Origin: Octopus bimaculoides
Lineage: Eukaryota
Assembly: GCF_001194135.2 (NCBI RefSeq)
Contig: NC_068998.1
Coordinates: forward strand, 38,322,732 to 38,386,731
Length of the DNA stretch: 64,000 bases
Reading direction: 5' to 3'
Shown: one piece after another, positions 11,168 to 25,420 of the stretch
How the letters are laid out: every line of letters begins with the position of its first letter
How positions within the stretch are numbered: position 1 is the stretch's first letter
Notes under the pieces: generated by a model
Told to the model about the DNA's origin: nothing
Seen by the model: only the letters and a program-made list of their open reading frames with translations
Databases searched by the model: none
Program-made: the position numbers and the translations under genes

Positions 11168-14092
11168 CTAGTAAATTATCAGGAGAAAGAAAAAAAAAAA
11201 GACAAAATCACACAATTGAATCAGATGAAAAAGAGAAGAAAGGTATTTATTATATTAGCATTCATATAAATTTCATTTGAAACATAAAAAAACATCCTTA
11301 CTGACTTTTGTAGAGCTAGGTAGCAGGTTGCATAATTTATGATTAAAAGCTTTAATTAAGAGATACAAATAAAATATATAAACATGATTAAAAATAAAAA
11401 GAGAAAGGTAAAGTCAAGACGATGTACATAAAAACACATCACATTAAGTAATATTTCAAAAACAGTTCCAGTCTACTGGTAGCCAACAATTTAAAAATCA
11501 TATATTTGAGAAATGAATGTAATGATAATACTTTTAGTTGAAGCAAAATGTGATTATTTTCCATTTTATAATGAACAGAATATTTCTTCAAATTGAAATA
11601 TATACCACCAGAGACACGTGGTGCCACGTTTTCAGTATGACAATTCTCTAGTATAAAAGTTTTAAGCATTACATCATACTGAAGTACTACACTTCTTTAA
11701 AATAAACCATATAGTTATGACCATGCTGGAGCACTGCTACACCAGTGCTTAAAGCACAGAAGTACTGGACATCTTGTATATCTAATTAGTCACTAGAATT
11801 TACTTTAGAATTAAATTTTGTATTAAGCCTAAAATTGTAGCCAAAACCCAAGTATATGAAATTTTTATTCTTTGGATTGCTTTTGTTTGTTTGTTTTTTT
11901 TTTAAGAAAAAAAAAAGAAACAAAAATGTAGATAATAATATTAAAAAATATGTGAGAGAATAGTACAACCAGAAAAGAATAAACAAAAAAAAAAGCAAAT
12001 ATAAAGGCAAAATATGGAATATTAGAAAGGAAGAGGGAGAAAATGTGGCAGAGGAGAGGGTGTGGAAAGAGAGAGGAGAGAGAGAGAGAGAGAGAATATG
12101 TGGAGAGTAGATATAATTAAAATATATCACATTCAAACAAGCTTTTGCTATTTCTTCCTAAAAGAAGGATTTAAGTTGAAATAATGGTGTATTCTAATAG
12201 GAATTTTGTTGACAGCCAAAAACATTTGGTGAAAGGTTACGAGAATAAAAAAAAATTATACAATAGTCTATAAAAAAAAAAAATTCAAATTTGAGAACTT
12301 TTTACCGAAAATTAGCACCAAAACTAATTATTAATTAATAGTGAAGTTTTGTGCCATAGTTAATCAGTCAACAAGAACAGTTGATTTTGTTGAGACTGCC
12401 TGACAAATGCAAGAGAAAAATACAGTTAAGCTGAGTGGAATCTTTTCACTAAACAATATTGTTTAGACACAAATTATCAATGTTTTTTCCTTGTCACTTA
12501 CCAACTAGGCAACATACAGTGGTTCACACCATAAAGAAAATATAACAATTGCACCTTAAGCCTAACATATTCAGAAGCATTGCAGAATTACAAAGCTTAA
12601 GTAGCATAGAAACAAGGATAACTGGAACAGATTCACTATCTTATGCTCGATAATTATTTAAAAAATTTCTTCACAGAAAAATGCTTCTGGTAACAAAAAT
12701 GATTAAGAATTTTGGCTGATGGTGAACTGGTTATAATATCTGTAAAAACCAGCCTCACACAAAAAAAAAATGATAGTCACATATAATAGACATGTTCTTC
12801 ATGCTGCTTAAAGTTGAATAGGGCCATGGTTAACAGCAGCATTATAGGCCTCTGGGGGGAATCAGTGCACTGGGTCCTATAGTATTTATTTATCAACAGC
12901 AAGCTACAACATACATAGATCAGAACAGGGACTCCAAGTCATGGGAGACCCTCAGCACAACTACCCACTGTACCTTCAAGATGGCACTGCAGAGGAATCA
13001 GCCAATGGAAGTTAAGTACATCACTTTCTTATCACATGACTGAAACAAATGGCACAAAACTCATTTGCTCCACTTACACAAACTCCAAAACTGGAGGGTT
13101 TTAGCCACACTGTCCCAACTCGTGTATTAACAGAGTGTTATTATTGCTGACACTGACAGAACCTTTCTGTCTTGTATAAAGGTGGTGGATAACAGACAGA
13201 CAAAATACAGATTCTATTTAATCAACTCCTGAAACATCTCCTTGGCTACCTGCTTGCCACAAATTTACCTGAGCAGACTATGACTAATCAACAAAAAACG
13301 AAAACCTCTCAATCAGGACATTGCATAATGCCTGCAGACAGGTATTTCAAAGCTGGTTCTAAGAAAATAAAAATTGCAATAAAATACTACATTTGCCACC
13401 TCCCACAGAAAACTGGAATCAATGAAATCAGTGAGGGCAGCACAATAAAGGGTTAAAACACTAAAGTCAGAAACAATAGTGACCTTGATCTTCTTCTAAG
13501 TGTGCCTCTACACCTTCAGAATCAAATACACCAATAAAGTACCAAAGATCAGTACTTGACTGATCACCACAGCTGAACCTAACATTTCAACAATACTAAC
13601 ACTTCTACTACTATTACCACTAATCGCTGGCCGATGTAATAAATTCTATAAGCTGTGAGGGAAATTAAGGGTTAGATCCACATAATTAAAGAAACAGTGG
13701 ATTTGTGATAAAAATATGTTAAGACCTATAAGTTAAAAATATATTGCTGGTGGAAGCCAACTGTAATGCTTATTGCAATGTTAGGCAGGGTTCTCATTAA
13801 CAATTAACTACTGCAATAAAGAAAACAAAAATTTTCATTGATAACATATTTAGGAGTAAATAAGAACATTTATTTACAATATACAATAGCCTGTAGGGTA
13901 AGATTGAAAAAAGAATTATTTTCATTCTGGTGCAAGAAGAATGACAGGTAAACCTAAAAGGATGATCTTGAGAATTTTAAAGTCTAACCTACACATGGAA
14001 AATATAAAATGGCTCTAAGATTTTGCTCTAAGACAGTTGAAAAAAGAAAGAGCATTGAAAATCTGCTGGTTACTACTGGCTTTAAAGCTTAC

Positions 14093-14200
14093 CGTGCATG
14101 GGGCTGTCCTGTGGTGGAATCATAGCCTCCCTGTATTGTGGATACATCACAGGAGCAGAGCCAGGCTTTTCAGGGTAGGAGTTAGGCTGATTAGTGTAGC
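14093..14200 (-). CDS. ARID1: ARID1 exon, 108 nt, phase 1-1: GYTNQPNSYPEKPGSAPVMYPQYREAMIPPQDSPMH
   Basis: Long pyrimidine tract then aactag|GC; donor CACG|gtaagc. Open in the required phase. Not in the ORF track. Confidence 0.85.
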
Positions 14201-17200
14201 CTAGTTCAGCAGGGGGAAAACAAGAAAAAAAGAGAAACCGAAATCAAAATCCTTTGTTTGAATCTGAATAGTGGGAGTTTCCATGAGCAACAAAGTAAAC
14301 TAGAACTTGAAACTGTTCCCATCCATCAATACTCCAGATAGCAGTAGAAAGGTAACACTAATTACTGAAAAGAAACTATGTTTTGCTAAAAAGATGGCTT
14401 TTTTTTTTTATTCAAATATTTGGATTTTAAGCTAAATAAACTGCCCATCCCTCTTTAAATTTAGGTTCTCCAAATGTTCGACATTTATGCTGAAACTGAA
14501 TTGGAAAATCTTTGAAAAGACCTATTTCTATTGTGATTTAATAATCAGAGTAAAATAAAGAGCCTGCCAATAATATAGGTTTTGTTGATTGCAGAAGGAA
14601 TGAATGGACAGGCTATAAATTGCAACTCAATTATATCAAATTTTACTTGAATACCAAAAGATTTGCAGTGACCTATTTTTAAAGATATTCCATTTTGAAG
14701 TTAACTAAATTAAAATGTCTGTTCCTCCATGCGCATATGATGTAGCTATGCAGCTAATATACTGAACTGAAACAGATCAATTAAATCTTTATTTCCAATC
14801 AACTTTTGAAAATCCTGCTATTAAATACATTTCTGTATAGCTGCAATGAGGTCAGGATCAGGTCAAATGTTGTTACAATTCCTTCCCCATTAAACTGTTT
14901 TCCATTTTCTTTTTAAAGAAATATCAAAAACTATAAAACAAAATGCAAATGCCATTATTAGTTTCAGGGCCAATGCAAATTAGATCAAAATATGAGAAGT
15001 AGTCTATGTGCGAATGAATGGGTCTAAGAAAGCCAAGTCAGAAATTGGAAGTATAGTTAGAAGGGATAGAAAAAAAAATGTTTTTTTTAAACTAAAGTAA
15101 AAGTAAGAAATAGAACAGAAAGTTCAGCAACAGCCAACTAAAGTATTAAATGGGAAAGGAACAATTTATATAAGCAATGAAAGCAAAAATGAAAACAAAT
15201 GGAGGGTACACATGGGTTTAAACATGAAATACAAGGAATAATATACAGTTAAGTAGTTTCTTGGTAACAGAGGTGTATGTTAAAATTAAAATCAGTAGTA
15301 AATAAGTTGGTTATTTTCTCAATAAAACACAACAAAAACTGGGTCAATTACACAGTGTAAAAATATGAAAATACTTTTTGTAAGAGTTATATTAATTCTG
15401 TTACACAAAAATAGATTAAAATTTTTTTTTTAAATTAACAAACTCAATATTGTATCAAATTTCAATTTTCAACCCTTTCATTAATTCTAAAGTTTATCTT
15501 GAATTTAGATTGGTTTTCATAATATTTGTTTACATGAAAGTGGGGTTTCAAACAGAAAAGGTTCTACCATAAAATCTACAAAAGAATTTGTCACAGAACT
15601 GCAACTAAGTACAAGTGGGATTTGAAGCATATAATCAGGCATATAGTTAGTTCATTTCAAATGTTCTTAATAATATAAAGCTTTCTTTACTTGGAATGTG
15701 TATCAAATACAATGCATGGATGCCATGAAAATACATCACGTGATACACAGAACAGGAAAAAGGTTCATAATCGATATGACATTATTATAGCTTACTAAAT
15801 GCTTATCATTATATCAATGGCAGAAATGCCCTAATTTCATTTAGTCTGCCCTTTTTCCTCTGTTGTTTTTATCGTTATTCAGTTGGAATAAACAGGAATA
15901 AATAAGTCAATATGTTCTGAGTCATGAGGATGGATGATTGACTGGATCTGCTTTCTTCTGGAGATTTTGGAAGAGGAATTTTTTAAAGCTTTTCCCTCCA
16001 CTTCCTTTTTAGAAAACACCATTTTTACTACTGTTGCCTGATGTTGTTTACTAACTTGGAAATCCACAAATTATACTGGATTTTTATTTTTTTTTGCAAC
16101 ATTCCAAAATCAATCTCTCTAATTAAATCTAAAGCTTAAGGAATTTTACACAATTTTTGAAGAGTAGAATGTATAGAAAGAGTAAATAAAAATAAAAAGG
16201 ATTTAAAAAAAGAATAAATCTAGAAAGAAAATTCAGAAAATTCACAGCATGAAATCAAGAGTTATCACTTAGTAATGATATTTACATCCATATTTTAATT
16301 GAAATGTAAAGATAGGTAAATATAAACAATGTTCTACATTGGTGGGTGATAGGAGATGAGTTGGTAACAAAAAGGTTGAAATTGACCATTAAGTTAAAAA
16401 GAGTTAAAAGCTGAAAATTAAAGCTAAGAGCAATAAATGCAATCAGTTTCAATAATATTCAACAGCTGCTAATAAAAAATCAATTCCATGCATTAGACAA
16501 TAGATCATTATTGCACTGAAATAAAAACTTTGACCTCAGTATAGAGGAATACAATACATGATTGATTTATGCACTTCAGAATGAATTACCTAGGTGTTGA
16601 TAGATAACACACTGCAATGGTTCATTGCCAACGTACTGGATCAAAAATACAATGGAATAGCCAGTAGGTCTGAAAGCCATTTGTTATTCAGGGATATGTT
16701 TCGATGAAAAATGGATATGCACATGCCTGTGTTCTTTAGTTTGTTTTAGCCATCACAGCTAAGACCATGCTGGAGCACTACCATGAATTTTAATGTCTAC
16801 TTTTCTATGCTTGCATGGGTGAGAAGAGATTCACTGACAAGGAATTTCTCTGGTCTTAGGCTCTTCCTGACACCAACTCTCACTTTCTTCTATGTAGAGT
16901 ATTCTTCCACATCCAGACACATTTTTATGGAAGATTGCAAACAAATGTCACCCTTTGTACTATGTTGAAATTTGTCTACAATTAGCCTGAGGTGTCCAAC
17001 CGAGGACAGATGGGACACATACATTATGATGGGCTTCTGAAAAGTTTTCTTCAAATTCAATTGCCAAGCTGTAGTAGAAGGTACTTGTCTAAAGATCTAC
17101 ACAGTGGGCCTGAACCCAAAAAACGTAGTTGCATGCCATGCAGCTGCATATTAAAGAAATTATGTATGCAAAATAGTTTCTTTTGTGCTTTTAATAATTT

Positions 17201-17884
17201 TCGCTTCATAGAGAAAAGCCCTAATCCAAATAAAAATATTTGTTTGGAGAAATTTCACAGCAAGGATCGGTGTCAGGCTGTAGAATGATTTTGACTGCAT
17301 TAGATCATCTACTTTAGATGCAGAAATGGCTCTTAAGTGAGGAAAAGTACAAGACACAGAATTTTATTAGTTTAGAGCTGGAAGCCCTGAATATTGACAG
17401 AACAATATGAGGGGAAGTTTGGCTGTTCTTTTCTTGTAATGAAATATCAGTAGAGAAGAACACAAGTGAAAACATATCCATGAATTTTTTTCTCTTTTGC
17501 AGTGCTTCTTGAGTTAATAGCTCATTCAAGAAATTTGGCATAAGATCATTCGCATGCATATTATATAAATCTTGTTACATTAAAATTATATAAGAAAATT
17601 TTTTAAATGAGAGATTTGAAGATATTTAAGTGCAACTATGTTGATCAAAGATTAAAGTATGTGTGTGTTTTCAAACTAATAAAAATAAATGCATTTCACA
17701 TAACCAGAAAAACATTTACATGTAAAATTTTAATAATAATAATAATAAATTGATCAAGTAATTTAGAATAAATATTTCTTGGTTTTTTCATTTTTTCATG
17801 TTTACAAGCCAAAATGTACGAAATCAAAGAAAATTTTGACAATATACACTTAAATGAATTGAGAAAATGCAAACTTATATGCAC

Positions 17885-17887
17885 ACG

Positions 17888-17923
<36 letters not shown>

Positions 17924-18104
17924 TATGCACATATACAGAGAGAGAGAGGGAGAGAGAGAGAGAGAGGGGGGAGAGAGAGAGAGAGNNNNNNNNNNNNNNN
18001 NNNNNNNNNNNNNNNNNNNNNNNNNNNNNNNNNNNNNNNNNNNNNNNNNNNNNNNNNNNNNNNNNNNNNNNNNNNNNNNNNNNNNNNNNNNNNNNNNNNN
18101 NNNN

Positions 18105-18148
<44 letters not shown>

Positions 18149-18150
18149 AA
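17885..18150. repeat. (CA)n/(TA)n/(GA)n array around a gap
   Basis: Direct reading. Confidence 0.95.
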
Positions 18151-18687
18151 GAGTCCATGCATTTCTGGCATAAACAGCAAGAACAAATAAGATCAAGTTG
18201 GATCTTGAATTGATAACTGGTCCTTGCATAAGGTGACTGCCATCAGTAACATATGACTAGTCGACGATATTTATGTCAAATACCTGTGGCCACCAAGTAT
18301 GGCACACTTTGGTTTGCACCACTATTGATTCACTGGTTGGAACCGGCTCAACTCAGTCCACAAAAATGCCAACACAAGTATGCACACACACACACACACT
18401 TCAAAATACATACACTTATAGGGTACATCATGAAAATACAAACATGCACACACACACACACACTGTGTGAGCATTGTGTAAAGATGAAAAATTCATACGG
18501 TTTTTTTTTTTTTAAATGGTAAATATAAAGATGGAGAAAGGATAAGAAAAAACCCCAAGTTGGCAATAATTTCTGTTTACTGCAATTTAGATTACCTAAA
18601 CCTTGTTCGCACCAATTGTGTATAAGTTTTTAATCCAAGTTTCTCTTGTAGTATTGAGCAGAAAATAGAATTAACAATAATCCTTAC

Positions 18688-19070
18688 CTGACATATTGAA
18701 ATTCTCTCGCCTTTCAACATCAGGTGGATATCTTTTATTTGGCGTTCCATACATATTGCCACCAGGGACTTCTCGTGAACTAGGTGGTCGATGCCCAGCA
18801 AAACCAGCTTGCTGATTCGGATAGTTCTGATATTGTTCCTGTGGTACCACTCCCCTCGGACTATTAAAAGTATTACTCTGATTAGGATACCCTCCTTGGG
18901 CTGCGTACTGGTCATGTTGGGGAGTATGTGACCGAACTGAAGTCATTTGCTGATTGCTGCCATATCGATTGGGGTACATTTGTTCAGGATGCTGCTGTTG
19001 AGTAACCATTCCAGGTTGAGATGGTGGTCGGAATTGCTGATTAGAATTTGCAGCATTAGGTTGCTCAAAC
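18688..19070 (-). CDS. ARID1: ARID1 exon, 383 nt, phase 2-1: RFEQPNAANSNQQFRPPSQPGMVTQQQHPEQMYPNRYG...MYGTPNKRYPPDVERRENFNMS
   Basis: Acceptor ttttttttccttgtag|G and donor TCAG|gtaagg. Overlaps ORF 18671..19009. MYPNRY and YGTPNKR resemble ARID1A MYSPSRY and YGPPAKR (recalled). Confidence 0.92.
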
Positions 19071-19447
19071 CTACAAGGAAAAAAAACACAAGAAAATCAC
19101 AGTCCTGTTTAACTACAAAGTTAGACCAAAAGTAAGGCAAAAGTGATCATAACCCAGGTCATTCAAACTGCACATGTTAGTTGAGTAACCCTTTCTCTAG
19201 ATAAATGTACTACTCAACATACCCGCAAGCAACGCATTTGCACCATCACTGCATATAAATTTTCAATCCTCTTTGAAGAAATTCTCTACCAGCTCATGCA
19301 AGTTGAATGAGCTATGTTAATTAAGCTTGCCTTTGTATTATTTTTGGTGTAAAACTCAACTATTTTCTTCAAATGTCTACAATGAAGACAGGTCCTGCAT
19401 CATTATCACAACATCTATATCACATTCATATAACAATAAAGCCCATT

Positions 19448-19631
19448 TTAACCCTTTACAATTCAGATTATTGTCAAATGTTGTGCTTGTTTATTTCATT
19501 GATTTAAATTAACCATGCTTCAGGATTTTAATGTTGTGATCATTTATTTTTTAAGTGGCATATTATAGGGGTAGGCATGAGAGGCTAAATATTTTGGACA
19601 GATGTGGCCAGTTTAAGTGCTAAAGGGTGAA
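19448..19631. mobile_element. MITE, TTAACCCTTTAGCATT-type TIR family
   Basis: Ends ttaaccctttacaattc and aagtgctaaagggtgaa; internal sequence shared with the copies at 26598, 47116 and 51851. Confidence 0.7.
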
Positions 19632-20725
19632 ACATGGCAATGATAGCACTACAAGATTAAAACTGAAATATTGTAACTGAGAAACATTACCATTTAAGAA
19701 AAGCATAATGGTTGTAAAGTTCAGTTATTGGATGACAAAGTACAAAGTGAAGAGTACAAATCTTCCTACTACTGCTATTATGTCATACCCAAATAAAATT
19801 ATGCTGCCTGGATTAAAACTTCTATAAACACTTTCTGACATGAGACATAACGACTCTTTTTGACAAACCCTGTTTATTTCATCAGCCCCAAACTAGAAAA
19901 AGCAAGCTAACCAAACAATAAGTGGTCGGCAAGGTATGAAACACCAACACTGTGCTGGTTTCTGCCACCTTCTCAGAGACAAACCCTAACAGGGCTCAAA
20001 GGTTTTTCACTCCTATAAATCATTCAGATTCTTGCACTCTCCTCTATCTCTCTTCAAAAGAAAAACAATCTATTACTTTCATCATATCATCACACCAGGT
20101 TGAAAGAGAAAAGTTGAAAGAGAAAGAGAAATGACAGGCTGGACATATAGTTGTAGGAGTTCAGGTAACAAAGTACCCAATTTTGCTAAATCTACCCATA
20201 TCAGCATGGAAAAACACAGATGAAAAGAAAAGAAAAATTATAAACTAGAAATTAACCTTCTGGCAGTATTAACTGGCTATTAGTACATATAACAATAACT
20301 ATTGTAACTGGAAAACTCCCATGTGAGTTAACTCTTTTAATCCACCACTACACAATTATTGAAACTGCTCTGAATATAAAGTATATTCGTGCAATTTTAC
20401 CGAAAGGTAAAATTCAGCTGCTCTTTAGAAGAGAGAAAAATGACCCATCACCCAGTTAATCAATGAACAAGCAATAGTATTTATTTCAACAATACACTAA
20501 TTCCAGTTCATGCAACTAATCACAATTCTTTGATCTCAAAGACATGATCGCAATGAGTGAAGAGAATAGGAGAGCAAGCTATGTAGCAATAATGGTTCTA
20601 ATCCTTAATAAGCAACTCTACTAATGTAAAATTCTTGTAAATCTGTCAATACAAAAGTTGGCCTATTTTTTGATAACTGAATATTTGCTAGATTTATATT
20701 TTCACATAACTATTTTCTGGGGAGC

Positions 20726-21101
20726 ATCTTTCACTTGTTTCAGTCATTAGACTGCAGCCATGCTGGGGAACTGTCCTCAAGAAATTTTAGTCAAATGAAT
20801 TGACCCCAGTATTCTTTTTTTAAAAAGCCTGGTACTTATTCTATTGATCTCTTTTATCAAACGCGACCACACTAGCACTGGTTGTCAAGCGGTGGTGGGA
20901 GCAAACACAAAAGACACATACACATAGATATCTATGACAAGCTTCTTTCAGTTTCCATCTACCAAATCCACTCGCAAAGTCTTGGTCTGACCAAGGCTAT
21001 AGTAGCTTAGTAGATAACACTTGCCCAAAGTGCCAAGCAGTGGGACAGAACCCAGAACTATTTGGTTCGGAAGCAAGCTTCTTACCACACAGCCATGCCT
21101 A
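20726..21101 (-). mobile_element. SINE family A
   Basis: Reverse complement of the 2331-2724 element (cacttgtttcagtcattagactgcagccatgctgg ... cttaccacacagccatgcct). Confidence 0.85.
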
Positions 21102-21575
21102 TGGGGTTTATTTTTTTCCCTTCTGTTGGTTAAATGAAAACAATACAGGAACTAGACAAACCCAAGAAAGTCCCAGGTAATCAGCTTATTGACAACAGAA
21201 GAATTGACAAAATTACATAACTCACAATATATGGAAGTCAATGGGAATACATGGCTAGTTAAGGTTTCTTTCAAAATAGTTACATGAACCCTAATTTACA
21301 GATCGTATGTGATATTATCAATTGAAGATCTCCTGAAAATATTTACGCTAACAAAACAATATGCTTTACAATTATGAAGCTTAAAGGACACAAGACATAC
21401 ATATGGACAATCGAAATAACAAAGATGATAATGGCAGGTGATTTCTTTGACTATACAGCACAAGTGTAAATTTTACTGCTACCTGTTCTATCTGTACTAT
21501 TTCTACATTGACATAATTGAATCCAAACGATGTACAGGACTAGATACTGTGAAGTATAATCTACCAATGTAATTT

Positions 21576-21981
21576 CATCATCTTCATCATTTAATGTCCG
21601 TTATCCATGCTGGCGTGGGTCAGATAGTTTAACAAGAGCTGGCTAGACTCCCAATTGTCTGTTTTGACATGGTTTCTACAGCTTCCTAATGCCAACCACT
21701 TTACAGAGTGCGCTGGTTGCTTTTTACATGCCACCAGCACAGGTGTGTTTACATAGCACCAGCACGGTAACAAAGCCAAGTGTAACATTATCACTCATAG
21801 TGGTAATAATGATGCAATGACAATGACGAGCTCTTTATTGTTTAACATCCAAGTTGGCCATGGGTTGTGAACAGTTTGACTGAACCTGGAAAGGCCAAGA
21901 AATATATTGTGCTCCAGTTCCTGCTTTGACATAGTTTACTGCATCTGGATGCCCCTCTTCATGTCAACCACTCTACAGCAA
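21576..21981 (-). mobile_element. Two tandem RTE 3' end fragments (about 21576-21770 and 21838-21981)
   Basis: catcatttaatgtccgttatccatgctggcgtgggt... and tttaacatccaagttggccatgggttg...ctggatgcccc. Confidence 0.7.
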
Positions 21982-22379
21982 NNNNNNNNNNNNNNNNNNN
22001 NNNNNNNNNNNNNNNNNNNNNNNNNNNNNNNNNNNNNNNNNNNNNNNNNNNNNNNNNNNNNNNNNNNNNNNNNNNNNNNNNNNNNNNNNNNNNNNNNNNN
22101 NNNNNNNNNNNNNNNNNNNNNNNNNNNNGGGGAATAAGAAATTAGTCCGGTCACAAGAATCTGATACCAGCAACATCTATTTTAATCGACTAGCACAATA
22201 TAAACTTCAATGCAAAGCAACTGAAAGTTATATGATAAATATTACAGTACTAATAATAAGAGTATTTGCTTTCCTTCTTAAAACACAGTCAACGTTTGGT
22301 TAACAGGAAAATATGCATAATTGAGCTTGGCACAACATCAGATGAGTATGATTTTAATAGCCAGTTGGAAACATTTGCT

Positions 22380-22745
22380 TTCTTTTAGCTGTTAATACCA
22401 TACTCTTTTACTTGTTTCAATCATTAGAAAGTGGCCATGCTGAAGGGTTTCAGTCAATCCCACTAAGCCCAGTAAATTTATTTCTTCTTTTAAAAAGTCT
22501 TATACTTATTTTACAGATTTATATTTACTACTCTGCTAAATAATGGACATAAAAGATTTCTTTCTTTTTTTTTTTTGCTTTGTAAAGACAAACACACATT
22601 CACATTATGCCAGACTTCCAGTTTCCTTCTGCCAGTTTCACTCATAGAGTGATGGAGCAACTCAAGGTTACAATGGAAGTCACTTGCCCAAGGTGCCAAG
22701 GAGATTGAATCCAAGGCTACATGATCATAAAAAGCAAACTCCATA
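22380..22745 (-). mobile_element. Diverged SINE family A fragments
   Basis: ctcttttacttgtttcaatcattag...ccatgctg and cacttgcccaaggtgcc. Confidence 0.55.
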
Positions 22746-23499
22746 ATAACACAAGTAATACCAGTAGCTAGGGAAAGGAATGACTATCCCAATTTCCTTG
22801 GCTTTTCTTTAACTCTTAGAAGATGACAGAGCCAATCTATTGACCAAAAAGTCAAATGACAAAGAAGACTATTAGTTCATTCAATTTCCTACAAGAATAT
22901 ATGTAGTGCATGCTCTCTGTAGGGCTTGTGAAAAGGGCTCCATCTTCTTGGCACTGAAACTCCAAATGAGGCTCCATGCCAGAGAGTTAAAAAAAACTCG
23001 CACTTCCTCAGAAACAACAGCATTATTAATGTTTGATAATTGTTATATACAACCACATTGTCTAATTCTGACAGAAAATTCTTGAAGTGGTTTGGCTCCT
23101 GATCAAAAGCATTCCAACCTGTCTATTTTTCCCAGGCACAGTATATCCAGGACTACATTATCCATAGTGTGCTTCCTTTAAGATTGTAGTGACAAGAAGA
23201 CAGACGCGATGATGATGATGATATAGTTCAAATTGACAAAAACAAACGATGAAGACAGATGACGGAACAACAGGCAGGTGTATTAGTTTGACACTCAGGA
23301 AGAATGGAAAAGTCTTTGACATTTCGAGCCTATGTGTTTTAACAGAAGGGATTGAGAGGGGAAAAATGGAGAGAGAATAGGGGGGGAGAGAAAAAAGAGA
23401 GAGAAAAAAAAAATGTAGGGATTATATTTATTTATATATATANNNNNNNNNNNNNNNNNNNNNNNNNNNNNNNNNNNNNNNNNNNNNNNNNNNNNNNNN

Positions 23500-23535
<36 letters not shown>

Positions 23536-23890
23536 TAGAGTAGAACTTAACTAAACAATTTCCAAAGCAACTTAAAAGAAATATTCCAAATTTCAAAATC
23601 ACTGAACCCACAAATACAACAAAAAGAAACTAATCTCAGCTTTACTGGCTTTTAAGCTTTCTCCAACTGTTAATAGGCTCCTCAGAACATTAGCATATTC
23701 ATTTGCAAACATAACATTAACTATCAAAACAATGAGCCACTTTCTAATGCATCAATGAACCACTTGACACAAAAATTTATGTCAAACATGATAACGAGCA
23801 TAACTTTTTAAAGTTAAACACTGACAGTGCTTCACCATCACAAAACATCTGATTAAATGTATGAATTTTAAGGATGAATACTATATTTCA

Positions 23891-24248
23891 TCTTTTATCT
23901 TTTACTTGTGTCAGTCATTAGACTGTGACCATGCTGGGGCACCACCTTGAAGAATTTTTAGTGAAATGAATGACCCCAGTACTTTTTCTTTTTTCTCAAG
24001 CCTGGTACTTATTGTCTCCTTTGCCAAACCTCTACTGTTACAGGGACTGTCAAGCAGTGGTGGGGGACAAACACAGACACACAACAACACACAGGCTTGT
24101 TTCAGTTTGTCTCCCAAATCCACTCGCAAGGTTTGGTTGGCCCGAGGTTATAGTAGAAAGCACTTGCCCAAGGTACCATGTAGTAAGTAGGACTGAACTT
24201 GGAACCATGTGGTTGGGAAGCAAGTTTCTTACCACACAGCCATGTCTA
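23891..24248 (-). mobile_element. SINE family A
   Basis: cttttacttgtgtcagtcattagactgtgaccatgctgggg ... cttaccacacagccatg. Confidence 0.85.
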
Positions 24249-24422
24249 CACCTATATTATGCATTTTAATTCAGACAAGTTATCTGCAAGGCATGAACAT
24301 TGTTACTGTGAAAAACGTAGTTCTAGTTTTCCTTCCCCCATACACAATGCTAAAAGAAAATTATTTACTTTATGTATGTAGTAAATGAAGTATTATCACA
24401 AAAACTTTGGGTGCAAAAGAAG

Positions 24423-24620
24423 TCATCATCATCATCATCATCATTTAACGTCCACCTTCTTATACTAGCATGGGTGTTCGATGGTTTGACAGAAGCTGGC
24501 CAGGTAGAAGACTGCACCAAACTTCTGTGTCTGTTTTGGCATTGTTTTTACAGCTGGATGCCCTCCATAACACAACTTCTTACGGTGAGCTGAGTGCTTT
24601 TTACATGGCTGCAGCACAAG
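24423..24620 (-). mobile_element. RTE 3' end fragment
   Basis: (CAT)n-ttaacgtccac..agcatgggt...cagctggatgccctcc. Confidence 0.78.
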
Positions 24621-24699
24621 CAAGGTCAGTTTTGGCAAGTATACCAACACAAAATATATCAGAGATATCACAAAGATGCACATCAATGAAACTAGTTTA

Positions 24700-25420
24700 A
24701 AGTAGTTTGAAAGCTCGCACAAGTTAGCTTCATACCAAATTGAAGGTATTCCAACAACTAAGGAGGGTAACTAGTTGCACACTTCACACTACTGCAGCTG
24801 CAGCTATGCATTTATACTGGAGTAATTAATACATCTTTGAGGAAACTGTAAAGATTTCTCAGAATATTCCCAAGTATGATAATCTGAACAATTTGCCTAT
24901 TTCATCTTTAACTGTTTTTGTTACAGTGGTACAATGTTACACTTTGGCTCTGTAAACAATTAACGGTTTTGTTCCCATTAAATGATAATTAGGAGAGATA
25001 CATTAAATATAGTAAAGATTGAATTTGATCCGTTGTAGTCCTTAATGTTGTTTCAATGGTCAAGGTAAAATGGTAACAACTAAACTAACAGCTTCTGTTT
25101 CTACTTAAGAGGTGAGTGGTTAGTGGAATCAAGACATCCATCTGTTGAAACAATATCTGCAACCCAACCAGTGCTGAAAGAGCAATATAAAAACATAGTA
25201 ATGCAATGGCTTTGCAAAGATTTCGTTTCTTCCCTTCAATAAGCCTCCAATAATAATTTCCATAGAAGAAACAATAACATGTCTACAAGGATTGACATCC
25301 ACACCTTTACACAGTGTCCACAATGAACAGTGGAAAGGAAAACATCAAGGCTTTCCATGCTTTTTATTCTAGCAATATTTATGTTGAAAACAGGCCGTCA
25401 GAAAATGAACATTTATGTAA
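24700..25420 (-). mobile_element. Possible highly decayed hAT (SPIN/GTF2IRD2-like) transposase remnant
   Basis: FHCS.WTLCK...HVI...GRNEIF...LLFQHWLG and NLCELS loosely recall FHCIIH.EALCAK, EVRWLS and YLCE.xFS. Pattern match by eye only. Confidence 0.25.

Noticed and set aside
20015-20095. C/D-box-like GTGATGA...CTGA on the sense strand
   Set aside because: No terminal stem or recognisable rRNA/snRNA guide; purine-rich low-complexity interior.
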